A stretch of DNA of 64,000 bases, taken from the NCBI GenBank assembly GCA_965207735.1, contig OZ242296.1, positions 1,792,001 to 1,856,000 of the forward strand, written 5' to 3'. The notes under the pieces are model-generated. The model was given only the letters and a program-made list of their open reading frames with translations. It did not search any database and was not told the DNA's origin. This DNA is from Candidatus Versatilivorator sp. (lineage in GTDB: Bacteria > Acidobacteriota > Terriglobia > Versatilivoradales > Versatilivoraceae). Positions 51,859 through 62,197 of this stretch are shown one piece after another. Position 1 is the stretch's first letter. Every line of letters starts with the position of its first letter. A program made the position numbers and the translations under genes.

Positions 51859-54152
51859 CGGGCGCATACTTGAGCCTCTACTCACAGGACCGTCCGGAAC
51901 TGGGCCGGGGGAGCGGCGCGGAGCGCATGTGCTCCTGTCCCTCGCCCGCTCACGAGGACAGAAAGCCGAGCTGCTCGGTCCAGGTGGAATCGGGAAAGTG
52001 GTTCTGCCACGGCTGCGGGGAAGGCGGCGGCGTGGTGAAGTGGCTGAGGCTCGCCCGGGGCCTGTCGGGACCGGAAGCCCTGGAAACAGCCCGGCGGCTC
52101 GGATTGGTACCGGAACACGGAGACATCATAAACAGTTCGCGGGTGAACGGAAGACTTCAGTCCGCCCCGAACGGACAGCGGCCTTACCGCCAGCCGTGTT
52201 CCGTCGAAAACGCTCCTCCGTCCGCCCTTCCGTTCCGATGCGCCGCCTGCTACCACTACCGCGCCCCGGACGGGACCGAGTACGCCCGGGTTTACCGCTA
52301 CCCCGAGAACCGGCCTGGCCGTAAGGCCGACCCTTATTCCCTGCGCAATAGGGGAGAGCACGCGGGTACCTGGACCCACCGGGCTCCGCAGAACCGCTGG
52401 CCTTACCGCGTAGAAACCCTGACTGACGCAACCCCGGTGGTGATCGTCGAAGGCGAGAAGTGCGCCGATGCCTTGGCCGGACTGGCGGAGGGATATGGAG
52501 TGCTGAGCTGGCTGGGCGGCAGCGGCGCTGTCCTGCGCACGAACTGGGACGCCCTTTCGGGGAGGGAAGTGATCCTGTGGCCGGACGCCGACGATCCGGG
52601 GCGGGAGGCGATGGCGAGGCTGGCCGGCGAGCTGGACAGGATCGGGGCGGCCGAGGTGCTGATGATCCGCCCGGAAGAGGAGCGGACCGCCGGCTGGGAC
52701 GTGGCCGACGCCATCGCGATGGAGGGTTGGGGATGGGAGGAAACCCGGCGGTATCTCCTTCAGGCCGAACCGGTCGATCAGGAAGAGTGCCGCCGGCTCA
52801 GACGGATCGCGGAGAAGGTCCTGGTGACGGCGGAGGGAATCGATCCGGATGGGATCGACTGGATCTGGGAGCCCTACCTGCCCGCCGGGGCCGTGACCCT
52901 GATGGCCGGGGCGCCCGGTTGCGGAAAGAGCTTCCTGAGCATTGCTCTGGCAGCGGAGCTGTCCCGGGGCCTGACCCCGTTTCACCGGAAGCGGACCGGG
53001 AAGGTCCCGACGGCAATCCTTTCCCTCGAGGACGATCCGGCCCGAACGATCGTTCCCCGGCTGAAGGCCTGCGGGGCCGACCTGGGTGAGATCTTGATCT
53101 TCGACTGGCGTCATCCGGAGGCGGATTCCCTGGATACGCTGTCGATGAGGGAGGGAACGGAGGGAGAGCTGCTGCGGGTCTTGCGGGAGGGAGTCAAGCT
53201 GCACGGTCTCCGGTTGGTGATCATCGACACCCTGACGGCGTTCACTCCCGCCAGGATGGACGGGCATGAGGCCGTCGCTGTCCGTCAGATGATGAAACCC
53301 ATGGCCCGGTTCGCCTCCGATTGCGGCGTGGCGGTCCTGGTGATCTGCCACGCCCGCAAGAGAAGCAGCCATGATTCGACGCACGGGGTCCAGGCGACTG
53401 TTTTGGGAAGCGTGGACTACGTGGCCGCGTGCCGGTCGGCGCTGCTGGTGCAGAAAGACCCGAAGGCGGACGAGGGGACGGCGGGCATCATGACCCATGC
53501 CAAGTGCAATTTCGGACCGTTGGGTTCCTCGCTCTCCTTCTCGATCGGCACCGACGGCTGGAAGTGGGGGGAAGAGCGGCAGGAGTCGGCCGATGAAATC
53601 GAGGAAGCGCTGCTGGCCAGGAGGGAACACAGGAGGATGAAGGAGCGGGAGGAGAGGATCAAGGCCGGGAAGGCCGAGACGAGAGCACACATTGAAGAGC
53701 GGATCCGAACCTACATGGAGCAGTACCCGGGGGAAGAGTTTTCGACCCGGGAACTGAGAGAGAACATCGAGGTCAAAAACGACACCATTGCGGGTGTGTT
53801 GCACAAGATGATGGAGGAAAAGCAGTTGATCCGCCGCAGGAAGGGCAAACAGAAGGTGTTGTGGAGCCTTGACGGTAACGGCAAGCGGCAGCGAACAAAA
53901 GACGAAGGCAATCCCTCCAAAACCGGTCCCCGTTTCTCAACCGGTCCCCAAAAATCAGAAGAAAACGGCAAGCGGTTAGTTGCTGGGAATTCAATGACTT
54001 GCCCTGTGGAAAACAAACCGGTCCCCTTGTCTCCCCCTATATACGCGCGCGCGGGGACCGGTTTGGGGGACCGGTTTTCCACAGGCGGAGAAAAAGAGCG
54101 GAAAAAAGGAAGCGGCCAGGGTCCCCCGAAACCCAAGGGGAGATCGCCATGA
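51855..54152 (+). CDS. Primase-helicase (CHC2 Zn finger + TOPRIM + RecA-like AAA_25)
   Basis: CPSPAHED...CHGC; VEGEK, WPDADD; GAPGCGKS, VIIDTL; ATGA overlap with alpA. Confidence 0.88.
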   Translation: MTGAYLSLYSQDRPELGRGSGAERMCSCPSPAHEDRKPSCSVQVESGKWFCHGCGEGGGVVKWLRLARGLSGPEALETARRLGLVPEHGDIINSSRVNGRLQSAPNGQRPYRQPCSVENAPPSALPFRCAACYHYRAPDGTEYARVYRYPENRPGRKADPYSLRNRGEHAGTWTHRAPQNRWPYRVETLTDATPVVIVEGEKCADALAGLAEGYGVLSWLGGSGAVLRTNWDALSGREVILWPDADDPGREAMARLAGELDRIGAAEVLMIRPEEERTAGWDVADAIAMEGWGWEETRRYLLQAEPVDQEECRRLRRIAEKVLVTAEGIDPDGIDWIWEPYLPAGAVTLMAGAPGCGKSFLSIALAAELSRGLTPFHRKRTGKVPTAILSLEDDPARTIVPRLKACGADLGEILIFDWRHPEADSLDTLSMREGTEGELLRVLREGVKLHGLRLVIIDTLTAFTPARMDGHEAVAVRQMMKPMARFASDCGVAVLVICHARKRSSHDSTHGVQATVLGSVDYVAACRSALLVQKDPKADEGTAGIMTHAKCNFGPLGSSLSFSIGTDGWKWGEERQESADEIEEALLARREHRRMKEREERIKAGKAETRAHIEERIRTYMEQYPGEEFSTRELRENIEVKNDTIAGVLHKMMEEKQLIRRRKGKQKVLWSLDGNGKRQRTKDEGNPSKTGPRFSTGPQKSEENGKRLVAGNSMTCPVENKPVPLSPPIYARAGTGLGDRFSTGGEKERKKGSGQGPPKPKGRSP
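53921..54085. other. Candidate replication origin (iterons)
   Basis: AACCGGTCCCC x3 direct and x2 inverted around TATATA; inverted TTTTCCACA boxes. Confidence 0.6.
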
Positions 54153-54228
54153 CCGATGCCGGCAGCGTTCACACCGGACGCCGCCCTTCGGTTGATTCGC
54201 CAAATTCCCGCAAGGAGGAAGAGCAACC

Positions 54229-54516
54229 ATGAAGTCATCTTTGTTTTCCAGCGTAGCCGTCTTTTGCCTGGGGCTCCTGCTGTTATGCCCGGGGGTGGTC
54301 TGGGCGCAGGGGACCAGTCCCTGGACAGACGCCGTGGGAGTCCTCGAAGCCGCTTTCACCGGCCCCATCGCCCGTGGCCTGTCGCTGATCGCCATTGTCG
54401 TTGGCGGCCTGATGTTCGCCTTCGGAGAAGGCGGATCGAAGAAGGCGCTGGCCGGTATCGTCTTCGGTTTGGGCATGGCCATGGGAGCGGCCAACTTCCT
54501 GGCCTGGCTGTTCTAG
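54229..54516 (+). CDS. trbC: VirB2/TrbC pilin
   Basis: SPW...FTGPIARGLSLIAIVVGGLMFAFGEG. Confidence 0.88.
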   Translation: MKSSLFSSVAVFCLGLLLLCPGVVWAQGTSPWTDAVGVLEAAFTGPIARGLSLIAIVVGGLMFAFGEGGSKKALAGIVFGLGMAMGAANFLAWLF

Positions 54517-54524
54517 GGTTTCCC

Positions 54525-54821
54525 ATGGACGGCCCGAAAATCTGGAGGGGGCATCCGACACTCAGTGCCCCCTTGAAAATGATGGGTGTCGAACGCCGCT
54601 GGTTCCTGCTGTCCGCAACGGTCGCCCTGGCGCTTTGGAACGCGATCAACTCGCTCCTTATAGGTGGCGTGATCTTCGGCGTCCTCTACACCGCCGGCCT
54701 GCTGGCCTGGAGGAAGGATCCGGCCATGCTTTCGATCCTGAAGGTCTCGGCTAGCTTCCGCGCCCGATACGACCCGGGCAAGTGGAGCAGCTTGCCCTGG
54801 GTTGTGAGAATCCGAGAATGA
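54525..54821 (+). CDS. virB3: VirB3/TrbD
   Basis: Small two-TM ORF with MGVERR and KDP, between the pilin and VirB4. Confidence 0.8.
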   Translation: MDGPKIWRGHPTLSAPLKMMGVERRWFLLSATVALALWNAINSLLIGGVIFGVLYTAGLLAWRKDPAMLSILKVSASFRARYDPGKWSSLPWVVRIRE

Positions 54822-57238
54822 ACCTGAGAGAAGAAGCCAAGGACTTCGAGGCGGCCGGTTCCCTGGCCGACGAGCTCCCCTGGTGGGGCTGGCTCCCCGA
54901 TGGCGAGTGCCTGCTGGGCCGAAACGGCAACCTCATTGCCGTCGGTCGGCTCACTCCGGCTCCCCTGGACGGCCGCGCGCCTGTCCACCTGGACCGCGTA
55001 ATCGACCGCTGGCAACGCGCCCTGTCCAACCTCGACGACAAGATGCGGCTCTATTTCTACTTTCTCCGCCGGCCGCCGGAGATCCCGAAGCCGGTAACCG
55101 ACGCCGGCGAGGTTGTGCGCCTGTCCCAGCAGCGCCGGGGCGAGTTCCTCGCCGGCCGCGTTTCAGACGTAGCCGTCTACGTTGCTTGGTGTTATGACTC
55201 GGGCCTTCAAGCAACCAGCTCCGAGGTTGACGGCGGAGTGACAACCTGGCTGCGCCAATGGATGGCCCAGCGCAAGAAGCCCAATGAGGTTGTCTATCTC
55301 CGTCGGGCCGTGGAATCAGCCGCCGAGCAGTTTCGCCAGGCGGTCTCCGCCAGCCGCGCCCTGGTCTCCGACATCACCCCCATCGAGCTGCTTGGACCGC
55401 AGGAAGGCTCCCGGGTGCTGTCCGAACTGGTGAACCGCCCCGGAACACCCTGGCGCGGAGCCACGGGCAGCGGTCTCAACTGGCAGCTCGCCGTGTCGGA
55501 GCTCGAGGCCGAGCGGCGCTTTCTTCGCTTGGACGGTGAGCGGGCGCTGGTTTATTCCATGCTGTCCCCGCCCGGGGAGGCCAAGGCCAACTTGCTGGCC
55601 GATCTTTTCCGCCTCGATGCAACCTTGACCGTGAGCCTGGAATGGAAGCGATGGGGGCTTGACGCCGCCCGGCGGAAGATCCGCAGCGCCCAGCGCCACT
55701 ACTTCTCCAAGCGCTACTCCATGGCCGCCCACATGCAGGAGACCCAGGGAACGGCCGCCGCCATGACCGATACGGCCGCCGAGGCCGAATCGAGCCGGCT
55801 CGGCAGCGCTCTTGTCGAGCTGGAGGCCGACGGTGTCTCCTACGGCTCCATAACCTGCACCGTAACTCTCCATGGCGACTACGAGCAGATCGACCACTTG
55901 GATGCCGATGTCCGGAGGATCTTCAACACCTACGACGCCAAGGTGATCCGTGAAGGCTACGGCCAGCTCCCGGCCTGGTTCTGCCGCCTGCCCGGGCAGC
56001 CCCCCGGCCGCAACGTCCGCAGCGTCTTCGCGTCCGCCGGCCTGCTGGCCTGCCTGGCTCCAGTCTTCGGAGCTTCCACAGGCAGGCCCACCAGCAAGCA
56101 CTTGGGCCGGCCGGCCCTCGCCGTTCTGGAAACCCGGAGCAAGACCCCCTACCACTACGACCTGTTCGCCGGCGACGTGGGACACACGCTCATTCTTGGC
56201 GCGACCGGCGCCGGCAAGAGCTTCACTCTCAACTTCCTGCTGGTCTCGGCCCTCCAGTACGATCCCCGCGTCCTGATTCTCGATCTGGGCGGCTCCTACC
56301 GCTGGCTCACTTCCTTCCTGGGCGGTTCCTACCTGGAGCTTTCCCCTTCCGAGAAGGGAAGCACGACTTTCAAGCTCCGGCCGTTTTCCCTGCCCCCGAC
56401 CGAGCGCACCTGCCAATTCCTGGCCGGCTGGGTAGCGCGCCTGTTGAGGATCGGCGGCGGGGAGCTGTCCGGAGCCGACACCACCGAGATCCACGACCGC
56501 ATTGCGGATCTCTACAGGCTCCCTCCAGGCCACCGGACCCTGGGCGGCCTGGTCCGCACCCTGCCCCAGAAGATGTGGCCCCCGCTGTCCCGCTGGCACG
56601 GCTCGGGAGCCTGGGGCGCGGTCTTCGACAACCCCGCCACCGATGACGATCTCGAGCTGGCCGACTGGCAGGTGATCGACCTGGCCGGCGCGGCCGAGCA
56701 CGAGGACCTGTGCGAGGCGGCCCTTTTCTACTTGCTGGAGCGCTTGCGCCTCGCCTTGGAAGACTCGGCAGAAACCGCCCGCGTCAAGCTGATGGTTGTG
56801 GACGAGGCCTGGCGCTACCTCCGCGATCCCGCCGTGCTGTCCTACCTGGCGGAAGCCGCCAAGACCTGGAGAAAGAAGAACGCCGCCCTGATCCTGGCCA
56901 CACAGTCCGCCATCGACCTTACAGGTACCGCCGGCGCGGCGGCTCTGCTTGAGTCGCTCCCGACAAAGCTGTTTCTCGCCAATCCCGACCTGCCGTCCTC
57001 GGTCGCCGAAGTCTTTCGTTTGAACGAGGAGGAGGTTGAGGCCATCCGAGGCCTCCTGCCCAAGCGGGAAATGTACCTGCGCCGCTCCGGCGAGTTCGCC
57101 ATCCTTCGCCTCGAAGTGGACCGGCAAAGCTACTGGCTTTACACGTCCTCAGCCGTGGACGCTGAAAAGCGCTCCCGGGCCGTCGAAAAGCACGGCCTCG
57201 TGGGCGGCATCGAGCACCTTGCAAAGGGGGTACAATGA
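54818..57238 (+). CDS. virB4: VirB4/TrbE ATPase
   Basis: VGHTLILGATGAGKS, VVDEAW, WRKKNA...ATQS. Confidence 0.93.
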   Translation: MNLREEAKDFEAAGSLADELPWWGWLPDGECLLGRNGNLIAVGRLTPAPLDGRAPVHLDRVIDRWQRALSNLDDKMRLYFYFLRRPPEIPKPVTDAGEVVRLSQQRRGEFLAGRVSDVAVYVAWCYDSGLQATSSEVDGGVTTWLRQWMAQRKKPNEVVYLRRAVESAAEQFRQAVSASRALVSDITPIELLGPQEGSRVLSELVNRPGTPWRGATGSGLNWQLAVSELEAERRFLRLDGERALVYSMLSPPGEAKANLLADLFRLDATLTVSLEWKRWGLDAARRKIRSAQRHYFSKRYSMAAHMQETQGTAAAMTDTAAEAESSRLGSALVELEADGVSYGSITCTVTLHGDYEQIDHLDADVRRIFNTYDAKVIREGYGQLPAWFCRLPGQPPGRNVRSVFASAGLLACLAPVFGASTGRPTSKHLGRPALAVLETRSKTPYHYDLFAGDVGHTLILGATGAGKSFTLNFLLVSALQYDPRVLILDLGGSYRWLTSFLGGSYLELSPSEKGSTTFKLRPFSLPPTERTCQFLAGWVARLLRIGGGELSGADTTEIHDRIADLYRLPPGHRTLGGLVRTLPQKMWPPLSRWHGSGAWGAVFDNPATDDDLELADWQVIDLAGAAEHEDLCEAALFYLLERLRLALEDSAETARVKLMVVDEAWRYLRDPAVLSYLAEAAKTWRKKNAALILATQSAIDLTGTAGAAALLESLPTKLFLANPDLPSSVAEVFRLNEEEVEAIRGLLPKREMYLRRSGEFAILRLEVDRQSYWLYTSSAVDAEKRSRAVEKHGLVGGIEHLAKGVQ

Positions 57239-58199
57239 TCCCAAACACCATCGCAACCATCGGCACTGGCGTCCTGACTTTCGGCCTCTGGGCTCTTGTC
57301 CTGTTCGGTGCCGACAAGGCCTCGCCGGCCGGCGAAAAGGCAGCCACTCAGCCCCTGGCGTCCTTCGCGTCCAGGCCCAACCGGACCAGATTGTCGAAGT
57401 CCGGACCAGGACCCGACACACGACGGTCCTCGTCCTGCCCCGGGGAGAAAACATCCTGGACTTCGTTGTCGGCGACTCCGACTACTGGCACCTTTCCGGC
57501 TCCGCCAACCTGGCCTATCTCAAGCCCCTCGACGAGAAGGTCCGGACCAACGTGGCTCTGGTCTGTGAAAGTGGTGCGATCTACTCATTCCTGGTGAGAG
57601 AGGCCGCCGACCCTCACCTTGTGGTGCGGATCGAAACCAAGACCGGCAACGCCGCTCCGGGCCGGCCTGCCTTTGTCGCCCGTTCGGCCATAGAGGACTA
57701 CCGGGAAATGGCCCGCGCCGCCGGCGAGGCCGCACGGGCGGCTCGCGAAGCCGCCGATCTCAGGTCCACCCGGGCCGAGGACCGAGCCGCCGGGGCCGTC
57801 AACCGGTTCAGGGCCGACTATCCCACCCGCCTGTCCTTCGCCTACCAGCTCGGCAAGAAGGCTCACGAGTGGCCCTTCCTGGTTGACGCCATGTGGCATG
57901 ACGGGCAGTTCACCTATCTCCGAAGTCGTGCCCAGGAGTCTCCCGCGATCTACGAGCTGAAGGACGGCAAGCCGAGCCTTGTCGCCTACGACCTCACTCC
58001 GGAAGGACTCTACATCGCCCGCCATGTGCTCGGGGACGGCTGGCTCCGCATCGGCAAGAAACGCGCTCGATGGCGCTTCGATCCTTCCCGCGACTTCACC
58101 CTGGCTCCCCAGAAGAAGCTCAGGCGGCTCCTGAGCGACGCCAGGCGGACCCTTGAAGGAGCCACACGCCGACCTTCCAAGGAGGAACCCAATGAGTAG
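57235..58199 (+). pseudogene. virB9: VirB9/TrbG, frameshifted near 57352-57355
   Basis: Signal peptide in the frame of 57235; body (TTVLVLP, VVGDS, WHDGQFTY) in another frame. Confidence 0.75.
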
Positions 58200-59586
58200 C
58201 CAATGGAGCCGGCTCGTTGCCAAACCCGCGGGCGCGATCCCGGGCGGCCTCTTCGGACAGATTGCCGTGGCCCTGACCACCCTGCTTATCGCCGCCTTCA
58301 TCATCGCCTATGCCATCCAGGGCGGCTCGACCGAAGAAGAACCCGAGACCACGGCCGCCGAACCCGTCCTTGCCGGCGAGGGCATCCAGCGGCGTGTGGA
58401 TCACCGCATCGAGGAACAGCGCCGGCTCGAACAGCTCCGCAAAGCTGCCCAGGCCCGCGACCGCCTGCGCGCACAAATGGAGCAGTCCCGTCCGGGCCAA
58501 CAGGCGGGCCCCGGGCGGCCTGCCACGCGCACCGCCGGCATGACTCAAGGGCGAACACCCACCGGCGGCGGCCAGCCCTACGCCGGCGACGATGCGCTCG
58601 ATGGCACGATCGACGCTGAAATCGCCGAGCAGGAGCTTCTCCAGGAACTCAGACTTCAGGCCATCCGCCGCAAGCACGAGTCGCTGCGATCGGATCCGGT
58701 CTCTCTCTCCGTCAGGCCCTCACCGGGCCAGCACCGCCCGCCCCCACCTCGGGTCGGCTCCGCTCCCCGATACGGACCGGCGCCCCGAACCTCGCCCGGT
58801 CCCGAGACCGAAAACATCCGGAATTTGCTTCAGGCCACCGAAAACCTGATCGAGCTCGAGCAACAGGCCATGACTCAAGGCACAGCCCGGCCCGGCTTGC
58901 CCGCGCAGCCAGCACTGGTGCCGGCGGGGATTCCCGCCGCGGCGGCGCAAGACCAGTCGCCGGCCCATACTCCCGAGAACCCCACCAGGGTGACTACCCC
59001 TGCCGATCCGGAAGGCTTTGAACGCATCTACGAGGGGTCGTTCCTGGAAGGCGCGCTGATTACCCAACTCTCGGGAGACTTCCCCGGGCCGGCGTTGGCA
59101 CAGGTCTCCGTGCCTTTCTACTCCAACGACCGCCAGCGCGTCCTGATCCCCCGGGGAACCCGCGCGATCGGCACGGCCCAGGCTGTAACCAACCGCGACC
59201 AGACCCGCCTCGCCGTCGGTTTTCACCGCCTCGTCTTTCCCGATGGCCGCTGGGTGTCCCTCAAGTTTGAAGGCTTGGACCAGGTGGGAACGACGGCGCT
59301 CAAGGACAAGGTGAACCGACACTACGTCCAGATGTTCGCCGCAGCGGGAGCCGTCGGCATCCTGTCCGGACTCACCCTGCAGGGCAGCAATCCCTACGCA
59401 GGAGGGCTGCAGGGTTTCCGCGCCGGCGCGGGCCAGGGTTTCGGCCAGGGGGCGACCCAAATCATGCAGCGGTTCCTGAATCGCCTTCCGACAATCACGA
59501 TCCGCGCCGGCCATCGGCTCCGGATCTGGTTTACCGCCGATGTCCTGGTACCGGCAAAGGCTGATCCACAGGCGCCGAGGTTCTGA
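58192..59586 (+). CDS. virB10: VirB10/TrbI
   Basis: TM, Pro-rich linker, VLIPRGTRAIG, DQVG...DKVNRHY, PTITIRAG. Confidence 0.9.
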   Translation: MSSQWSRLVAKPAGAIPGGLFGQIAVALTTLLIAAFIIAYAIQGGSTEEEPETTAAEPVLAGEGIQRRVDHRIEEQRRLEQLRKAAQARDRLRAQMEQSRPGQQAGPGRPATRTAGMTQGRTPTGGGQPYAGDDALDGTIDAEIAEQELLQELRLQAIRRKHESLRSDPVSLSVRPSPGQHRPPPPRVGSAPRYGPAPRTSPGPETENIRNLLQATENLIELEQQAMTQGTARPGLPAQPALVPAGIPAAAAQDQSPAHTPENPTRVTTPADPEGFERIYEGSFLEGALITQLSGDFPGPALAQVSVPFYSNDRQRVLIPRGTRAIGTAQAVTNRDQTRLAVGFHRLVFPDGRWVSLKFEGLDQVGTTALKDKVNRHYVQMFAAAGAVGILSGLTLQGSNPYAGGLQGFRAGAGQGFGQGATQIMQRFLNRLPTITIRAGHRLRIWFTADVLVPAKADPQAPRF

Positions 59587-59630
59587 TTCTCGATGCTGAA
59601 CACCAATTCAAATCCTGAAAGGAGGAAGCC

Positions 59631-60524
59631 ATGCAGTGGAAACGAATGGGAGTGATAGCCCTTAGCGTGGTCCTGGTTGCCGCGCCGGCCAGCGCGATCC
59701 CCGTCACCGATCCGGCCGCCATCGCGCAGCGAATCACCATGATGGCCAACCAGGTCTCGATCATCACCAACCAGTTGACCCAGATCCAGCAGTTCTCGGA
59801 CAAGCTCACCGAAATGAGGGACCAGGTGAGCCATCTCAAGGAGAAGGCGCTGGGAGCCTACCATTCCCTCACTTCCCCCTTCACCAGTTTGATTTCGGCA
59901 AGGACCGAGCTGGTGGGAACGGGCATGAGCTGGGTCAGTGAATTTCAAGGGACCGCCGCGCAGCTCGCCGACACCTACAAGGACCTGTCCGATGGCGTGT
60001 CCGTCCGGGGAGGATGGGACGGCCTGCTTCAGACGGCGGATACCGTCACCGAGACCGACCTGGTTGACATCTTCGTCAACCTGCCGGCTGGAGTCGGCAG
60101 CCGCGCCGGAGACCTATTCCGGCAGCAGCGGGAATCGGCCGACCGCCAGCGGGTGCTCGATCACGCCTTGGCCGATGCTTCCGGTACTCTGATCGAGTCC
60201 CTGAAGGAGGCTCAGGACGCCCTCGACAGGGTGCGGAACCAAACCGAAAAGTCCGATACCGCCCTGGCCCAGGCCAACATCACGGCCATTGCCACTCAGG
60301 CGGAGCTGATGGCCGCCCTGGCCCAGCTTCAGGCCTACCAAAGCGCCCGCGAGGCGGGCGCAAGCTATGAGCGCGAGCTGGCCCGCCGGCAGGAATTGGA
60401 GCGATGGGCCGCCGTTCTCCGCCAGTCCGAGCAGGACTTTCAGCAGGCTCAAAACGAAATTGCCGCCCTGCCGGATACCGGCGGCCGGGAAGTCCAGTTC
60501 ACCATCCATCCCCACTACCAATAG
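59631..60524 (+). CDS. VirB5/TrbJ-like
   Basis: Signal peptide, IPVTDP, helical Gln-rich body; position in the operon. Confidence 0.75.
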   Translation: MQWKRMGVIALSVVLVAAPASAIPVTDPAAIAQRITMMANQVSIITNQLTQIQQFSDKLTEMRDQVSHLKEKALGAYHSLTSPFTSLISARTELVGTGMSWVSEFQGTAAQLADTYKDLSDGVSVRGGWDGLLQTADTVTETDLVDIFVNLPAGVGSRAGDLFRQQRESADRQRVLDHALADASGTLIESLKEAQDALDRVRNQTEKSDTALAQANITAIATQAELMAALAQLQAYQSAREAGASYERELARRQELERWAAVLRQSEQDFQQAQNEIAALPDTGGREVQFTIHPHYQ

Positions 60525-60547
60525 CGCTCAGCGCCAGGGAGTAGCCG

Positions 60548-61519
60548 ATGCCGCAGCTTACGCCAGTCACGATCCCCCCGGGGGAGGAGTGGGACGCCAA
60601 GCCGTTTTTCGACCAGGTGCTTGCCGAACTCATAGGCAATGGCGCGCCGGCAATGCAAACCGCCGGCCTGGCGATCTGGACCGGCATGGCCACCGTCATG
60701 ATCGTGTGGACCGGACTGAAGACCGCCTTCTCCGGCGATTACGACATGTGGGAGATCGTCAAGCTCGTAATCGGCCTGGGTATCCCACGGACGATGCTGG
60801 CCTTCTACGACACGCCCCTTCCGGGGACCACCATGAGCTTCCCCATGCTTATCACCGAGCAGGGCGCCTGGGCCACCAACGCCTTTATCGGCGATGCCTG
60901 GAAAGACGCCGCCACCACCCTGACCGGGGCCTACAACCACGTCTTCACTCAACTCACGGACGCCATCCGCAGCTTCGGCTATACCGATGTCTTCACCAAG
61001 GGCATTTCGTTTCTCATCGCTTCGGTCCTGGGCGGCACGTTCATGGCCATCGTTCTGGTCCTGCTGCTGCTGATGTTCTGCCTGCTCATGGCTCAGGTCA
61101 TCTGGGCGCAGTTCGCCCTGGCGGTCGCCATTCTGATCGGTCCCATCCTGATTCCCTGGATGGTCTTTCCCCCCCTGAGCTTCCTCTTCTGGGGCTGGTT
61201 CCGCACCCTGTTGACCTACACCTTCTACGGCGTCATTGCCGGGGCGGTCTTCAACATCTTCATGAACGTGGGGCTGGCTTTCCTCGACAGGCTGATCACC
61301 GTGACCTTGACCTTCGAGGACCTTTCCGGAGTGTTTCGCTGGTATCTCATCCTGTGGCCGCTGATCATCTCCGGCATCCTGGCCTCCCTGAAGGTGGGCG
61401 AGCTGGCCCAGTTGCTGGTTTCGGGAGCCGGCAGCGCGAGTGCGGGCCTCGGGACGCGAGTGCGCCAGGTCGCCATGGCCGCAAAGAGTGGCGGCGCATC
61501 CCTGGCCGTGGGGAGGTAG
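60548..61519 (+). CDS. virB6: VirB6/TrbL
   Basis: Polytopic membrane protein with GPILIPW...LFWGW. Confidence 0.85.
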   Translation: MPQLTPVTIPPGEEWDAKPFFDQVLAELIGNGAPAMQTAGLAIWTGMATVMIVWTGLKTAFSGDYDMWEIVKLVIGLGIPRTMLAFYDTPLPGTTMSFPMLITEQGAWATNAFIGDAWKDAATTLTGAYNHVFTQLTDAIRSFGYTDVFTKGISFLIASVLGGTFMAIVLVLLLLMFCLLMAQVIWAQFALAVAILIGPILIPWMVFPPLSFLFWGWFRTLLTYTFYGVIAGAVFNIFMNVGLAFLDRLITVTLTFEDLSGVFRWYLILWPLIISGILASLKVGELAQLLVSGAGSASAGLGTRVRQVAMAAKSGGASLAVGR

Positions 61520-61522
61520 ACG

Positions 61523-62197
61523 ATGAAAGCAGACAAGCAGGACGCCGGCAGACAGTTTGCCGACATTTGGGCTGAGGCCGTGCAGTCCAACCGCAACCTC
61601 CGCATCATCACCGTGGCTCTTGGCATGAGCCTATTCCTGGTCCTCGTCATCACGCTCCGCCTGGCCTGGCAGCCGCCTCCCAAGCCTATCGTTGTCCGCG
61701 TCGATGAGGTCGGCCGGGCCGAGGCCCTGGCCTATGAGGCGGCGACCGCCAAGGCCGATCCCCTCGACCCCACCACCAAGTATTTCCTGAACCGCTTTAT
61801 CCACGACTTCTATTCCCGAAGGACCGCGACCGTCCATGACCACTGGACGCGCAGCCTTCGCTTTCTCACGACCAACCTGGCCGACAAGGCCTTTGCCGAT
61901 TCGAGCGAGCGGATTGCCCTGGTCTCCGGTGGCTTTGCCAAGCACGAGTCCCAGGTTGAAAGCGTCGTGCTGCGGATTCACGCCGCCGAGGAGCCGCCGC
62001 ATGGAGCCACGGCGGATTTCGACCTGGTCACCCTCGCCCGCGAGCAGGAGGCCGAACGGCAGCGCTGGTCCCTGTCGCTCAAGTTCGTTTTCCTCCAGGA
62101 CGTTCCGCCCGAGCTTGTCGTCTTCAACCCCATGGGGATCATGATTACCTATCTCCAGGCCGACCGGGCGCTGGTGACCGACGAGAGGAACCGATGA
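61523..62197 (+). CDS. virB8: VirB8/TrbF
   Basis: TM, VVRVDEVG, C-terminal NPMGIMIT. Confidence 0.88.
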   Translation: MKADKQDAGRQFADIWAEAVQSNRNLRIITVALGMSLFLVLVITLRLAWQPPPKPIVVRVDEVGRAEALAYEAATAKADPLDPTTKYFLNRFIHDFYSRRTATVHDHWTRSLRFLTTNLADKAFADSSERIALVSGGFAKHESQVESVVLRIHAAEEPPHGATADFDLVTLAREQEAERQRWSLSLKFVFLQDVPPELVVFNPMGIMITYLQADRALVTDERNR

